Below are positions 1 through 9,382 of a DNA stretch of 43,198 nucleotides, piece after piece. The translations under genes were made by a program, and so were the position numbers. Below the pieces are notes generated by a model. It ran no database searches, was not told where the DNA came from, and saw only the letters and a program-made list of their open reading frames with translations. Source of the DNA: a virus (taxonomy: Duplodnaviria; Caudoviricetes); the IMG/VR virus record IMGVR_UViG_3300031953_000037, positions 1 to 43,198 of that record. One strand, written 5' to 3'. Within the stretch, counting starts at the first letter, position 1. Each line of letters starts with the position of its first letter.

Positions 1-74
1 CGACGGAGAGACAGATGACCAAGGAAGAACACGACGCGCTGCGGGCTCAGACCGTGGCGGATATGCACGCGATG
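1..74. repeat. Terminal direct repeat, copy 1 (74 bp); circular-assembly overlap
   Basis: 1-74 is identical to 43125-43198 and falls inside a continuous gene (RBS GGAGAG, ATG at 15/43139). Confidence 0.95.
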
Positions 75-254
75 GCCCGGCCTCTCGCGATGCGGTTCAC
101 CCAGCCTGAGCCCCGCAAGGGTCGGACCTATCCGCCCGCCTTGGCTGCTGAGTTGGTGTTGTCCGCCGTTCAGGACGATGGCGAAGGTCGTCCGTATGTC
201 GAGGACGCTCATGGACGCCGCTGGCTGCTAGATGGCTCTGGCGATGTCGCCTGA
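15..254 (+). CDS. Hypothetical protein
   Basis: GGAGAG RBS; promoter-like sequence upstream across the junction; stop overlaps next ORF. Confidence 0.7.
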   Translation: MTKEEHDALRAQTVADMHAMARPLAMRFTQPEPRKGRTYPPALAAELVLSAVQDDGEGRPYVEDAHGRRWLLDGSGDVA

Positions 255-492
255 ATCGAGCGAGCCGTTCGATTACGTCGGCCGGGATGAGGCCAGACGG
301 ATCAGGTCCGAAGCTGAAGGCGTGAACCGGGCTGACGCCGGCCTTCGCCAGATTGCGTTGCGTGAGGGCGATGCTACGTTCTGCCGCAAGTGTGATGGTG
401 CAGGATACATCGAGAGACCATCCCGCCACTACCTCGACCACATCATGAAGTGCCCGCGCTGCGCTGGCGAAGGATTGGAGCCGAACGAATGA
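244..492 (+). CDS. Small zinc-finger protein with DnaJ-type CXXCXGXG motifs
   Basis: CRKCDGAG and CPRCAGEG; start 244 chosen over 232. Confidence 0.65.
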   Translation: MSPESSEPFDYVGRDEARRIRSEAEGVNRADAGLRQIALREGDATFCRKCDGAGYIERPSRHYLDHIMKCPRCAGEGLEPNE

Positions 493-548
493 TCCGCCTG
501 ATACTCGCCATGCACTGGCTGCTGTTCAGAGGGAGGCGCGCGCTGTGA
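489..548 (+). CDS. Putative 19-aa peptide MIRLILAMHWLLFRGRRAL
   Basis: ATGA overlap upstream and GTGA overlap downstream; too short for the ORF track. Confidence 0.45.
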   Translation: MIRLILAMHWLLFRGRRAL

Positions 549-688
549 CCGCCCGTCGTCGCCTCGCCAAATACAAGCGCCGGAAAGACACGGCACGGAC
601 GGCTCGCCAGTTCGAGAAGTGGTCGCTCCGGTTTCATCGTCTCTGCGCCCGCCTCTATGGCCCGCCGAACCTGTGGGGTGTGGAATGA
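545..688 (+). CDS. Basic 47-aa hypothetical protein (MTARRRLAKYKRRKD...)
   Basis: GGGAGG RBS, GTG start, TGA overlaps ATG at 685. Confidence 0.55.
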   Translation: MTARRRLAKYKRRKDTARTARQFEKWSLRFHRLCARLYGPPNLWGVE

Positions 689-1035
689 CCCCGCTCGAAC
701 GCCTGGGCCTTGAGGTGGCCGCGTTCAACCTTCTCGGATCGCGCGCCAGGGCAAGCATCGTCTGCGCCTTGATCGAGGCCAATGGCCGGATCGTCACTGT
801 CGAGGCTATCCAAGCCCTGCGACCGCGCCACTGGACGGAACAGGACACCTTGAGCCGTCGTGGGCTTCACGCCCGCATCTGCTGGCTCCGTGAGGCGCTT
901 GAGGACATCGGCCTTCCCGGCCTGATCGTCACGGCCCGCGATGGGCGCAGCACACCGGCTGATGGCTATTCCCTGCCCGAGCCAGGGCGAACCGCGTTGA
1001 TCGCGCGGCTGATTGAAGATGCTGGAACATGCTGA
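685..1035 (+). CDS. Stand-alone OmpR/PhoB (CtrA-like) winged-helix DNA-binding protein
   Basis: ALIEANGRIVT...LHARICWLREAL...IVT...GYSL pattern typical of Trans_reg_C; no receiver domain. Confidence 0.6.
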   Translation: MTPLERLGLEVAAFNLLGSRARASIVCALIEANGRIVTVEAIQALRPRHWTEQDTLSRRGLHARICWLREALEDIGLPGLIVTARDGRSTPADGYSLPEPGRTALIARLIEDAGTC

Positions 1036-1292
1036 CCACCAAAGACCTGATCGCCAAACTTCAGGCGCTGGACCCTGAAGGGACTATGCGTGTCGTTACT
1101 GCGGTCCACGAAATCCCCGGCGCTGATGGACAGCCGGAAGACCCGGACGCCGTGACGGCACACTACGCTCGCCACAGACGTTTCACCTTCTACCCGACCA
1201 ACGAGACTCGTATTGATCCCAAATCTCTCGAATGGTCAGGTGAGACCGACGAGGGCGCCTTTCCTGTCATTGTGCTTCAAGGTGGATGGTGA
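1029..1292 (+). CDS. Hypothetical protein
   Basis: Coupled ORF; N-terminus TTKDLIAKLQALDPE is typical of small phage proteins. Confidence 0.65.
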   Translation: MLTTKDLIAKLQALDPEGTMRVVTAVHEIPGADGQPEDPDAVTAHYARHRRFTFYPTNETRIDPKSLEWSGETDEGAFPVIVLQGGW

Positions 1293-1561
1293 AGCGCCCT
1301 CCGCTCCAGCCCGCCAGTGACCCGGCCAGGGCAGAGGTGTGCGACCGCAAGTCGATCTATGCCTCAGAGGGTAGCGCGCGGACGGTGGGGCAATACCGGC
1401 TCCGAGAGCATCATATCAGCGGAGACGCCAAGGCCCCGACGCGGTTCTGGCCCTACGCCTGCGCCCGGTGTCGGCATTGGCATCTGACGAGCATGGAACA
1501 ACCGGGCCTCGCCATCACGGCCAGGCAACAGAGGGAGGGCATGGATGACCCAACACACTAA
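1286..1561 (+). CDS. Small zinc-binding protein
   Basis: C..K..Y.S...A and YACARCRHWHLTS motif. Confidence 0.65.
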   Translation: MVKRPPLQPASDPARAEVCDRKSIYASEGSARTVGQYRLREHHISGDAKAPTRFWPYACARCRHWHLTSMEQPGLAITARQQREGMDDPTH

Positions 1562-1847
1562 GAGCGACCGCGCGATGGTGAGGGCAGACCGCATAGCGCG
1601 CCGATCTCTGCTGTATCGCATCGCGGCCGTCATCGCGGCGACGCACCGATATGAGACTGCACCCATGATCCGCCAGTACATACCCCATGCGCGGATCATT
1701 CTGGCCGAAATGCAGAATCTGGATGAGGGGTCATGGGACCGGGCGAACACGCGGGCCTGGCACCTGAACCGCGAGACCGTCGATCACACGCCAGAAGAGG
1801 TCTGGCCGTTGATGCTGGATGAGATCGCCAAGGGCATCCCTCTGTGA
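1545..1847 (+). CDS. Hypothetical protein
   Basis: GGGAGG RBS; coupled operon. Confidence 0.6.
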   Translation: MTQHTKSDRAMVRADRIARRSLLYRIAAVIAATHRYETAPMIRQYIPHARIILAEMQNLDEGSWDRANTRAWHLNRETVDHTPEEVWPLMLDEIAKGIPL

Positions 1848-2047
1848 TCCCGCCCGACTGGACAGAGACCACCGTGAGCGGCGTTGACCGGCCCGAGCGC
1901 GTCTATCGTAAACACGTCGCCGGTCTGGTATGCACGCTTGACGCCGTTTCGATCGACCGCTGCGCCCTCAGCCTGACGGGCGGCCTGCCGGAAGTTTTGC
2001 AAATGGAATGGGCGCGATTTGTGGACGTGCAGCGCCGCTACGCCTGA
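1844..2047 (+). CDS. Hypothetical protein
   Basis: GTGA overlap with the upstream ORF. Confidence 0.5.
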   Translation: MIPPDWTETTVSGVDRPERVYRKHVAGLVCTLDAVSIDRCALSLTGGLPEVLQMEWARFVDVQRRYA

Positions 2048-2075
2048 GCGATAGTGTTGCACAAAGAGGTGCAGT

Positions 2076-3626
2076 TTGACCGAAGACGAACAGCTAACCG
2101 CCTATGCTGAGGCCCTGGCGTCGTTCCGTCACGATCCGCTCGGGTTCGTCATGTGGGCGTTCCCTTGGGGCGAAGGAGAGCTTGCCGAGGAAGACGGCCC
2201 CGACGTGTGGCAACGGTCTGAGCTTGCGGACATGGGCGACCATCTTCGGCGCGAGGTGAAGGCCAAGACCTATGCGCCGTTCAGGGGCGGCACGGCATCG
2301 GGCCACGGCATCGGCAAGAGCGCCCAGACATCGTTCGTCATCCTGTGGGCGGCTCAGACGTGTGTTGACGCGCGCGGCGTGGTCACGGCCAACTCTGACA
2401 CCCAGCTCCGAACCAAGACCTGGGCCGAGGTGTCGAAGTGGTGGGGCCTGCACGTTCAGCAGTTCCCCATCGCGAGCAAGGTGTTCGAGCTGACCAAGAC
2501 GGAGTTCAGGGCCATCCAGCGGCCTGACACCTGGCGCATCACGGCAATCCCGAACAACCCGAACAACCCGGCCGCCTTCGCCGGTATGCACAACGCGGGC
2601 AAGCGCGTCCTCATGCTGGTGGATGAAGCCTCCGAGATCCAAGAGCCCATTTGGGACACGATCGAGGGCGCCCTGACCGACAAGGACACGGAGATTGTCC
2701 TGCTCTGCTACGGGAACCCGACGCAGAATACCGGGCGGTTTCACGAGATCATCGCCGGCAAGTTCCGCCGCTACTGGCGCGCGAGGCAGATCGACGGCCG
2801 CAATGTGAAGCGGACCAACAAGGCCCTGATCCAGACCTGGCTTGAGAGCTACGGCGAAGACAGCGACTTCTTCAAGGTCCGGGTGCGGGGGCAGTTCCCG
2901 ACCGTGGGCTCGATGCAGTTGATCCCGCTCGATCTGGTCGAGACGGCGCGGAAGCGTGACCCGATATTCATCCCGTCTGATCCTCTGATCGCTGGCCTAG
3001 ACGTGGCCCGGTTCGGCGATGACTCGTCCGTCCTTCAGCCCAGGCGCGGACGTGACGCCAAGACCATCCCGCACAAGGAATGGAAGGGGCTCGACACGAT
3101 GACCCTGGCGACGGAGGCCGCGCTGTGGTGCGTTCAGAACGGCCCCGATGCGGTGTTCGTCGATGTCGGCGGGATCGGCGCCGGGGTCTATGACCGGATG
3201 CAGCAGCTGATCGGCAAGCGCTACCTGATCTACCCGGTCAACTTCGGCGGCAAGGGCGGCGTCGTGGGCTATGACGGGATCGAGGCTCGCACGGTGAACG
3301 CAGCCGCGACCATGTGGGTCGGGATGCGTGATTGGCTCCAGTTGGGCGCCATCGCCGATGATGACGACCTTCAGGCGGATCTCGTCGGCCGGCAATACGG
3401 CTTCGACGGCAACAGCGCGATCGTGCTGGAGAAGAAGGCTGACATGAAGAAGCGCGGCCTCGCCTCGCCTGACCGTGCCGACGCCCTCGGACTGACCTTC
3501 GCCATGCCCGTCGCCCCCCGCAAAGTCGCTGGTAGCGCAGACGAGATCGGTGAGGTAAACAGGGCCAACGGTGGCGGTGACAGTTTCGCCGCGATCATGG
3601 ACCGTGCAATGCAGGATGTGCGCTGA
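2076..3626 (+). CDS. terL: Terminase large subunit
   Basis: Walker A ASGHGIGKS, Walker B LMLVDEAS, coupling motif YGNP, nuclease motifs GLDVARFGDDSS and SPDRADAL; TTG start after GAGGT. Confidence 0.95.
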   Translation: MTEDEQLTAYAEALASFRHDPLGFVMWAFPWGEGELAEEDGPDVWQRSELADMGDHLRREVKAKTYAPFRGGTASGHGIGKSAQTSFVILWAAQTCVDARGVVTANSDTQLRTKTWAEVSKWWGLHVQQFPIASKVFELTKTEFRAIQRPDTWRITAIPNNPNNPAAFAGMHNAGKRVLMLVDEASEIQEPIWDTIEGALTDKDTEIVLLCYGNPTQNTGRFHEIIAGKFRRYWRARQIDGRNVKRTNKALIQTWLESYGEDSDFFKVRVRGQFPTVGSMQLIPLDLVETARKRDPIFIPSDPLIAGLDVARFGDDSSVLQPRRGRDAKTIPHKEWKGLDTMTLATEAALWCVQNGPDAVFVDVGGIGAGVYDRMQQLIGKRYLIYPVNFGGKGGVVGYDGIEARTVNAAATMWVGMRDWLQLGAIADDDDLQADLVGRQYGFDGNSAIVLEKKADMKKRGLASPDRADALGLTFAMPVAPRKVAGSADEIGEVNRANGGGDSFAAIMDRAMQDVR

Positions 3627-3823
3627 TGTGTACCGGTGGACGGCCCCAGGCCCCAGCAGCGCCCGCCGCGCGTCAAGCGCCTCGGATGCCTGACGCGCCG
3701 GCACTCGTCGGTCAGAATCAAGACATGCTGGCCCGTCGTGCGACGATGGCCTCGATGATCCTGACGGCTCCGGGTGGTGTTGGTGCGGCGCCGGTCGCCG
3801 GGAAACAGGTGCTAGGCGCGTGA
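3626..3823 (+). CDS. Small virion protein (pre-portal, BPP-1/epsilon15-like)
   Basis: MC-G start, Pro/Ala-rich, SMILT...GV...KQVLG C-terminus; sits before the portal. Confidence 0.7.
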   Translation: MCTGGRPQAPAAPAARQAPRMPDAPALVGQNQDMLARRATMASMILTAPGGVGAAPVAGKQVLGA

Positions 3824-4071
3824 TTATGGGGATGCCATCATTCCCCGGCTTCGTGCCGACGATGGACCCCGCCAAGACGATGCTTGGCCGTGACGTTCCG
3901 TCTTTCATGCTTCAGCCGGCCCGCCGTGTGGATTGCTCAACCGTCATCAAGATGAGGGATGAAGCTGTGCTTGTGGTTCCTGCTGGGTCCATCATTCAGC
4001 ATGTCAGCGCCTATGATGTCGAGGTTCGCGAGAGTGGCGGCCCGTCATACATTGCGCGCGTGAAGGTCTAG
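3820..4071 (+). CDS. Hypothetical protein
   Basis: Fills the gap between the small virion gene and the portal; GTGA overlap. Confidence 0.5.
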   Translation: MIMGMPSFPGFVPTMDPAKTMLGRDVPSFMLQPARRVDCSTVIKMRDEAVLVVPAGSIIQHVSAYDVEVRESGGPSYIARVKV

Positions 4072-4076
4072 GCCCC

Positions 4077-5840
4077 GTGCATATCTCAAACCTCGAATTG
4101 TTGAAGAAGTCCGAGGCGCGGGCCAAGGGCCTGTACGCCCTCCGCAAGCCGTGGGAGATCGGGAACGAGGAAGTCGCCCGCAACACCCTGCGTTGGCTCT
4201 CGCCCTATGTGTCGGGTCAACGCGGCTCGGACAAGGGAACGAACATCGACCGCAACGGTGGGCGCGCTGCGTCGGGCGGGACGGCAAACAACCGCCTGTT
4301 CAACGCCACGGCCATGCGCGCACACCGGACGCTGAGCAACGGCATGTCGTCGGGCCTTTCGTCGCCAAGCCAGCCCTGGTTCAAGTTCGACGCCTCTGAT
4401 CCTGCGCTTCGTACCGTCCATGAGGTTCGCCTCTGGATGGATGCCTGCACCGAGATCGTCCGCAACTTCATGCACCGCACGAATATCTACACGGCGATGC
4501 AGCAGGGCTATCGCGAGATCGGCTGGGCTGGGACTGAAGCGACGATCTTTGCCCCTCACTGGCAGTATGGCGGCGTCGGCTATAACCTGACCTGGGGTCA
4601 ATACTGGCTCGGGTCAGATCAGGGCCTGCGGATCGACACCCTCATGCGCGACGTGCCGATGACCGTGGGTCAGGTCGTCGAAATGTGCGGGTCTGTGGAT
4701 GCGGCGAAGAAAACCGTATCGCGCACCACGCGGACGCTGATCGAGAACAGCAAGTGGGAGGCCTCGGTTCCCGTGCGGAACCTGATCGAGCCGAACACGG
4801 ATCGTATCTACGGTCGCATCGACAAGACGAACAAGCCGTTCCGCTCGATCATGTGGGAGCCCGGTGCCGAAGGTAACTCGGACACTGACGGCATCCTCAA
4901 GGTTGACGGCTTCGACCGCAAGCCTTTCGCGACGCCTCGCTGGGAGACGCAGGGCTTTGACCCGTATGCGTTCGGCCCTGGCTTCGACGCCCTGCCGGAT
5001 AGCCGCAAGCTCCAGCTTCAGGAGATCAGGCTTCAGGCCACGATCGACTATGTTGCGCGGCCTCCGGTTCAGGCTCCTGTTCAGTCCCGCAACGATGGCA
5101 TGAACCTCGTCCCCGGTGGGATCAGCTTCACCGCCGCGACGGACATGAACGCTGGCGCTCGCCCGATCTGGCAAGTCCCGCCTCAAGCCATCGACTATAT
5201 CGCCCGCGACATTTCCGGCCGCACTGAGCCCGCGATCGAGCAAGGCTTCTACACGCCCCTGTTCACGGCCATCACGAACATGCCCGGTGTTCAGCCTCGC
5301 AACGTCGAAGAAATCGCCCGGCGCCATGAGGAACAGCTGGCCCAGCTCGGCCCGGTGGTTGATCGCGTCCAGATCGAGAAGCTTGAGCCGCTGGTCATGC
5401 AGTCGTTCAGCATCTGCGCCGATGCTGGCCTCCTGCCTCCCGCACCTGAAGTGCTTCAAGGTCAGGAAATGAAGCTGGAGTTCGTCTCCATCCTCGCCCA
5501 GGCGCAGCGCATGATCGGCCTGACCTCGATGGAGCGCGGCCTTGGCCTGATCGGCAACCTGTCCGCGACGAACCCGGCCGTGCTGGATCTGGTCAACTTC
5601 GACGAGACGGTTCGCGAGTATTGGGAACGCCTCGGTGTGCCGGCGCGCACGCTCAACTCGGCGGAAGCGGTGGCGTCGAAACGTCAGGCTGACGCCCAGG
5701 CGGCTCAGGCTGAACGCACGGCGGCGATGATGCCGGCCATGAATCAGGGCGCTCAAGCGGCGTCCCTTCTTGCCGAGACCGACGCGGGCAACGGGCAATC
5801 CCTGCTGCAAGCGGCTGGCGGCATGTTGCCGGGGGTTTGA
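4077..5840 (+). CDS. Portal (head-tail connector), T7/BPP-1 type
   Basis: 587 aa; LSSPSQPWF, TPRW, EIARRHEEQLAQLGPV and EFVSILAQAQR motifs. Confidence 0.93.
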   Translation: MHISNLELLKKSEARAKGLYALRKPWEIGNEEVARNTLRWLSPYVSGQRGSDKGTNIDRNGGRAASGGTANNRLFNATAMRAHRTLSNGMSSGLSSPSQPWFKFDASDPALRTVHEVRLWMDACTEIVRNFMHRTNIYTAMQQGYREIGWAGTEATIFAPHWQYGGVGYNLTWGQYWLGSDQGLRIDTLMRDVPMTVGQVVEMCGSVDAAKKTVSRTTRTLIENSKWEASVPVRNLIEPNTDRIYGRIDKTNKPFRSIMWEPGAEGNSDTDGILKVDGFDRKPFATPRWETQGFDPYAFGPGFDALPDSRKLQLQEIRLQATIDYVARPPVQAPVQSRNDGMNLVPGGISFTAATDMNAGARPIWQVPPQAIDYIARDISGRTEPAIEQGFYTPLFTAITNMPGVQPRNVEEIARRHEEQLAQLGPVVDRVQIEKLEPLVMQSFSICADAGLLPPAPEVLQGQEMKLEFVSILAQAQRMIGLTSMERGLGLIGNLSATNPAVLDLVNFDETVREYWERLGVPARTLNSAEAVASKRQADAQAAQAERTAAMMPAMNQGAQAASLLAETDAGNGQSLLQAAGGMLPGV

Positions 5841-6247
5841 TGCAACGCGAAGACCGCGACCAGATCGAACGGTCCTACTCGGACCTGAACCCTGAAGTAG
5901 CTGCGAACAACGAGCGGCTGGCGCTGAAAGAGAAGCGCCGCACGCGGGCTATCAAGAAGCAGGGCGACATCGACGCGGAAGGCCTGCTGGCCGATCCTCG
6001 ATTCATTCGCTGGCTCTTTACACTCTCGGAAAAAGCAGGCATTTTCACGCCGTCCTTCCACGCGCAAGAAGGGAGCCGCCAGTTTCTGGATGGTTTCCGC
6101 GCTTTTGGGTTGGCGTTGTTCGATGATCTTGAGGTGCTGGATAGTACGCTCTGGGTCCGCATTGCTCTTGAACGCGCGAAAACCCTAAACCAGAAGGATG
6201 CCCCTGATGACGACGACACCGGAAGCGACGATCGAGACCCCGGCTGA
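5837..6247 (+). CDS. Bbp19-like protein
   Basis: LLADPRFIRWL...AGIF...F.DG.RAFGL motif; between portal and scaffold. Confidence 0.75.
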   Translation: MMQREDRDQIERSYSDLNPEVAANNERLALKEKRRTRAIKKQGDIDAEGLLADPRFIRWLFTLSEKAGIFTPSFHAQEGSRQFLDGFRAFGLALFDDLEVLDSTLWVRIALERAKTLNQKDAPDDDDTGSDDRDPG

Positions 6248-6959
6248 TGCGGCGCCTGCCGCCGTCACGCCTGAAGCCTCTCCCGCTGCCGCCGAAGCCG
6301 CGCCTGAGCCCACGTCGATCCTTGGCGATGCGGTCGCGGGCGGTACGGATGACGCTGCCCCGGCTGCTGAGCCCGCTGCCGCTGCCGCTGGCGACGGGCC
6401 TGCTGCTGGATCTGCTGATGGTGGGGTGGCTGACCCTGAAGCTGCCCCCGTGGAAGCGACGGCCTACGAGGGCCTGACGCCGCCCGAAGGTTTCGAGGCT
6501 CTCGACACCGATGCCATCGCGGCTGCGACGCCTCTGATGCGCGCGTTCGGCGTGGCTGACGACAAGGCCCAGGACTTCATCAACCAAGCCGCGCCTGTCA
6601 TTACCGGCATGATCGAACGGGCGACGGCTGCTGCTGCGACGGCTCAGGCTGAGCAACAAGCCGCGCTCCGCACCGAATGGGCGAACGCGGTCAAGGCTGA
6701 TCCCGAGTTGGGCGGCGCTCACTTCGACAAGACGGTCGCCATGTCGGCGGTGGCCCTCGACAAGTTCTTCGACCAAGAGACCCGCGACATGTTCAACGTC
6801 ACGGGCCTCGGCAATCACCCCGGCGTGGTGAAGGGGTTCGCCAAGATGGGCGCGCACTTCGCCGAAGGGGAAATCGTGACGGGGGAGCCTGCGCCGCTGA
6901 CCAAGGCGCATCCCCTTTACGATGACAAGTTCCTGCCGCCTGAACAGCGTCGGGGTTAA
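6198..6959 (+). CDS. Capsid assembly scaffolding protein
   Basis: Acidic Ala/Pro-rich N-terminus; W...KADPELGG and GLGNHPGVVKGF; precedes the major capsid gene. Confidence 0.85.
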   Translation: MPLMTTTPEATIETPADAAPAAVTPEASPAAAEAAPEPTSILGDAVAGGTDDAAPAAEPAAAAAGDGPAAGSADGGVADPEAAPVEATAYEGLTPPEGFEALDTDAIAAATPLMRAFGVADDKAQDFINQAAPVITGMIERATAAAATAQAEQQAALRTEWANAVKADPELGGAHFDKTVAMSAVALDKFFDQETRDMFNVTGLGNHPGVVKGFAKMGAHFAEGEIVTGEPAPLTKAHPLYDDKFLPPEQRRG

Positions 6960-6971
6960 CCGGAAGGCCTG

Positions 6972-7031
6972 TACGTCGTGAGACGCTAGGGGCTGACCAC
7001 TTCAGAGGCTCATACGCCGCGAGGCGCTAGG
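6972..7031 (+). promoter_or_regulatory. Two GNRA hairpin motifs TACGYC-GYGA-GRCGCTAGG in the capsid 5' leader
   Basis: 6972-6990 TACGTCGTGAGACGCTAGG and 7013-7031 TACGCCGCGAGGCGCTAGG; third copy at 25354-25372. Confidence 0.7.
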
Positions 7032-7041
7032 AGAGAAACAA

Positions 7042-8076
7042 ATGGCTATTCGGAACACTGAAGTCCCGAGCCTCGTGGATGTGGTCGCCGGCCTCAATCC
7101 CGATGGTTCGGCTGCGACCATCGCCGAAGTCCTGCAAAAGGCTGACGGCATCCAAGACGACATGTCGTGGAAGGTCGGTAACCTCGTCTCCGGTGATCGC
7201 GTCCACGCGCGCACCAAGAACGCGACCGCCACATGGCGCCGCCTGAACGAGGGCATCCGTCCCAGCAAGGGCGCGACCCGCTCGTTCGATGAAACCGCCG
7301 CTCTGCTGGAGAGCAAGGGCCAGGTTGACCGTGAAGCGGCCATCCTGTCGGGTAACCCCGCCCTGTTCCGCCAGCGCCAGGGCGTCGCGCACATCAACGG
7401 GATGCACGACGAGTTCACCGAGACCCTGATCTACGGGAACGAATTCTTCAACGACACCGAGTTCACCGGCTTCATGCCGCGCTTCAATGAGCTGGCGAAC
7501 CCCCAGGTCATCGACGGCGGCGGCTCTGGCTCGAACCTCCGTTCGATCCTGCTGGTCGGCTGGTCGCCTGAAACCGTCACCGGCATCGTCCCCAAGGGCA
7601 CGACGGGCGGCCTGAACCACTTCGACACTACGTCGAACATGAACCTCGGCGAAGATGGCTTCCCCATCGGTGACGAGATCGACGACGGCACGGGCGCCAC
7701 CTACCTCGGCTATCGTGACCGCTGGCTGTGGCGCTGCGGCCTCGCGATCACTGACCCGCGCTATGTGGTTCGGATCGCGAACATCGACCTGGACCAACTG
7801 AAGGCCAACCCTGCGGACGGCGGCGCCTATCTCGAAAGCCTGCTGATCCGTGCGGAGGAACGCTTCGGCGCCGGCTCCGATCCCATGCGCGGCGTCAACG
7901 CCTCGTTCTACGCTCCCCGCGACATTGCTCTGTGGGCTCGCCTGCAACAGGTCGAGGCGAAGAACAAGACGAACTGGACCCGCGACGAGATCGGAGGCCG
8001 CAAGGTCACCACGTTCGGCGACATGCCCTTCCGCCGTCTCGACGCGATGGAAGTGGATGAGGCGCGCGTCACCTAA
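7042..8076 (+). CDS. Major capsid protein (BPP-1/epsilon15 type)
   Basis: 344 aa; WRRLNEG, TLIYGN, FTGFMPRF, D.RYVVRIANID; AGGAGAG RBS. Confidence 0.93.
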   Translation: MAIRNTEVPSLVDVVAGLNPDGSAATIAEVLQKADGIQDDMSWKVGNLVSGDRVHARTKNATATWRRLNEGIRPSKGATRSFDETAALLESKGQVDREAAILSGNPALFRQRQGVAHINGMHDEFTETLIYGNEFFNDTEFTGFMPRFNELANPQVIDGGGSGSNLRSILLVGWSPETVTGIVPKGTTGGLNHFDTTSNMNLGEDGFPIGDEIDDGTGATYLGYRDRWLWRCGLAITDPRYVVRIANIDLDQLKANPADGGAYLESLLIRAEERFGAGSDPMRGVNASFYAPRDIALWARLQQVEAKNKTNWTRDEIGGRKVTTFGDMPFRRLDAMEVDEARVT

Positions 8077-8091
8077 AAGCTGCGATGCAAC

Positions 8092-8123
8092 GGGCCTCGG
8101 CTTCGGCCGGGGCCTACCCCTTT
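8092..8123 (+). terminator. UUCG-loop hairpin after the capsid gene (weak terminator or stabiliser)
   Basis: GGGCCTCGGC-TTCG-GCCGGGGCCT followed by a poor U-tract (ACCCCTTT). Confidence 0.55.
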
Positions 8124-8149
8124 CGGCTCTCACACAAAGGATCTGAGCC

Positions 8150-8596
8150 ATGATTACCGATCGCGAACTGACTTTCTCCAAGAACCAGATCGTCACCGCC
8201 ACCGCCGTCTCCACCGATTCCGTGGCGCTCGACGGTCTCTTCCTCGGCCGCAACGGCGACACGCTCCGCGTTTATGCCCTGGTCACCGAGACCTTCCTCG
8301 CTGCCGGCGCCGGAACCCTGACCATCGAGGTCATTCAGGCCACCGATGGCGCTCTGACCACGGGTATTGACAGCCTCGCCACCTCCGTCGCCATTCCCAA
8401 GACGGGCCTGGTGGCTGGCGGCAAGGCCTTCGAGTTCGACATTCCCATGCCGAAGAACACCAAGGCCTTTGTCGGCGGGCGTTACACCGTCGCCACTGGC
8501 CCGTTCACGGCCGGCAAGATTGTCATGGGTATCGTCCCCAGCACGCCGACTGCGCTCGATGACCGTCCCGCCTTCTACACGGGGCGCGGCGCCTAA
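8150..8596 (+). CDS. Capsid cement/decoration protein (Bbp16-like)
   Basis: MITD..L.FS..Q.VTATAVSTD and YTVATGPFTAGK motifs; follows the major capsid gene. Confidence 0.85.
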   Translation: MITDRELTFSKNQIVTATAVSTDSVALDGLFLGRNGDTLRVYALVTETFLAAGAGTLTIEVIQATDGALTTGIDSLATSVAIPKTGLVAGGKAFEFDIPMPKNTKAFVGGRYTVATGPFTAGKIVMGIVPSTPTALDDRPAFYTGRGA

Positions 8597-8669
8597 GTCT
8601 GAACCGCTGGACCTGTGGAATACGCAGGTCCAGCATCTTCCTCCATCGTGTCATTGAAGGATCATCGAC

Positions 8670-9056
8670 ATGACTACCGATCTGGACAAAGTGAAGCCTG
8701 CCGATCAAAAGGCCCGCGACAACGCCGACAAGGCCAATGGTCTTCCGCCGCTGAGCAACGAGCCCCAGGGCGAGGCCCAGAAGGCTGCTGAGCTGGCATC
8801 CAAGGCCGACGAGGCCCGCGATGCCGAAGCTGAAGGCAAGGTTTTGGAACCCCGTGTTCTGACCCGCAAGGCCTTCATCGGCGGTCGCCTGTATGAAGCG
8901 GGCGAAGACGCTCCGACCGATGCGGACGGCAACTATACCGTCGTTCCGAAGTCCACCCCTGCCGGCGCTCTGACCGAAGACCAGCTCAAGCAACTGCTGG
9001 CCCAGGTTCAGGCGAGCAACAAGGGCACTGCCGTCAAGAAGGGCGACAGCGAGTAA
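8670..9056 (+). CDS. Hypothetical virion-module protein
   Basis: GAAGGA RBS; AFIGGRLYEAGE motif. Confidence 0.7.
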   Translation: MTTDLDKVKPADQKARDNADKANGLPPLSNEPQGEAQKAAELASKADEARDAEAEGKVLEPRVLTRKAFIGGRLYEAGEDAPTDADGNYTVVPKSTPAGALTEDQLKQLLAQVQASNKGTAVKKGDSE

Positions 9057-9079
9057 CACCGGCCTCAAGGCTGTGCTAT

Positions 9080-9110
9080 AGGGCGGGTGGAGCGATCTGC
9101 CCGCCCTTTT
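9080..9110 (+). terminator. Rho-independent terminator
   Basis: AGGGCGGGTGGA-GCGA-TCTGCCCGCCCT then TTT. Confidence 0.7.
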
Positions 9111-9124
9111 CGTAGGAGACTGAC

Positions 9125-9382
9125 ATGGGACTTGCCACACCTTCGCGGGGAATCAGCGGCCCCGCTCTTGGCTCGCGGGCGATCACGCCCAGCGACACGG
9201 TTTCCATCGCAAACGGGGCGGCCCGCGCGCTGTATGTGACAGTGACGGGCAACGTCTCGTTCCTGACCCCTGAAGGCGACACGGTGGCCCTCACGGCCGT
9301 TCCAGCCTTCACCGTCATTCCCATCGCCTGCGTCCGCGTGAACAGCACGGGGACCACCGCCACCGTTCGGACGCTCGACTGA
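9125..9382 (+). CDS. Head spike base protein (RcGTA Rcc01079-like)
   Basis: AITPSD...RALYV...GNV...G..V....VP....PI...RV..TGTTAT pattern; AGGAG RBS. Confidence 0.8.
   Translation: MGLATPSRGISGPALGSRAITPSDTVSIANGAARALYVTVTGNVSFLTPEGDTVALTAVPAFTVIPIACVRVNSTGTTATVRTLD

Noticed and set aside
1-74. Terminal repeat as a biological DTR
   Set aside because: It cuts through an RBS and ORF and is most simply an assembler circular overlap; true ends need read data
6240-6460. GCC/GCT-rich repeats in the scaffold gene
   Set aside because: Low-complexity Ala/Pro/Glu coding typical of scaffolding proteins
6972-7031. Mini CRISPR array
   Set aside because: Only two 19-nt copies with a 22-nt gap, no cas genes, and a GNRA hairpin pattern
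4614-8262. Long antisense ORFs opposite the portal, scaffold and capsid genes
   Set aside because: Expected from GC-rich codon bias; the sense genes carry clear family motifs
8606-8634. Hairpin after the cement gene as an ncRNA
   Set aside because: A single stem-loop in a 73-bp gap; adequately explained as a stabiliser or weak terminator
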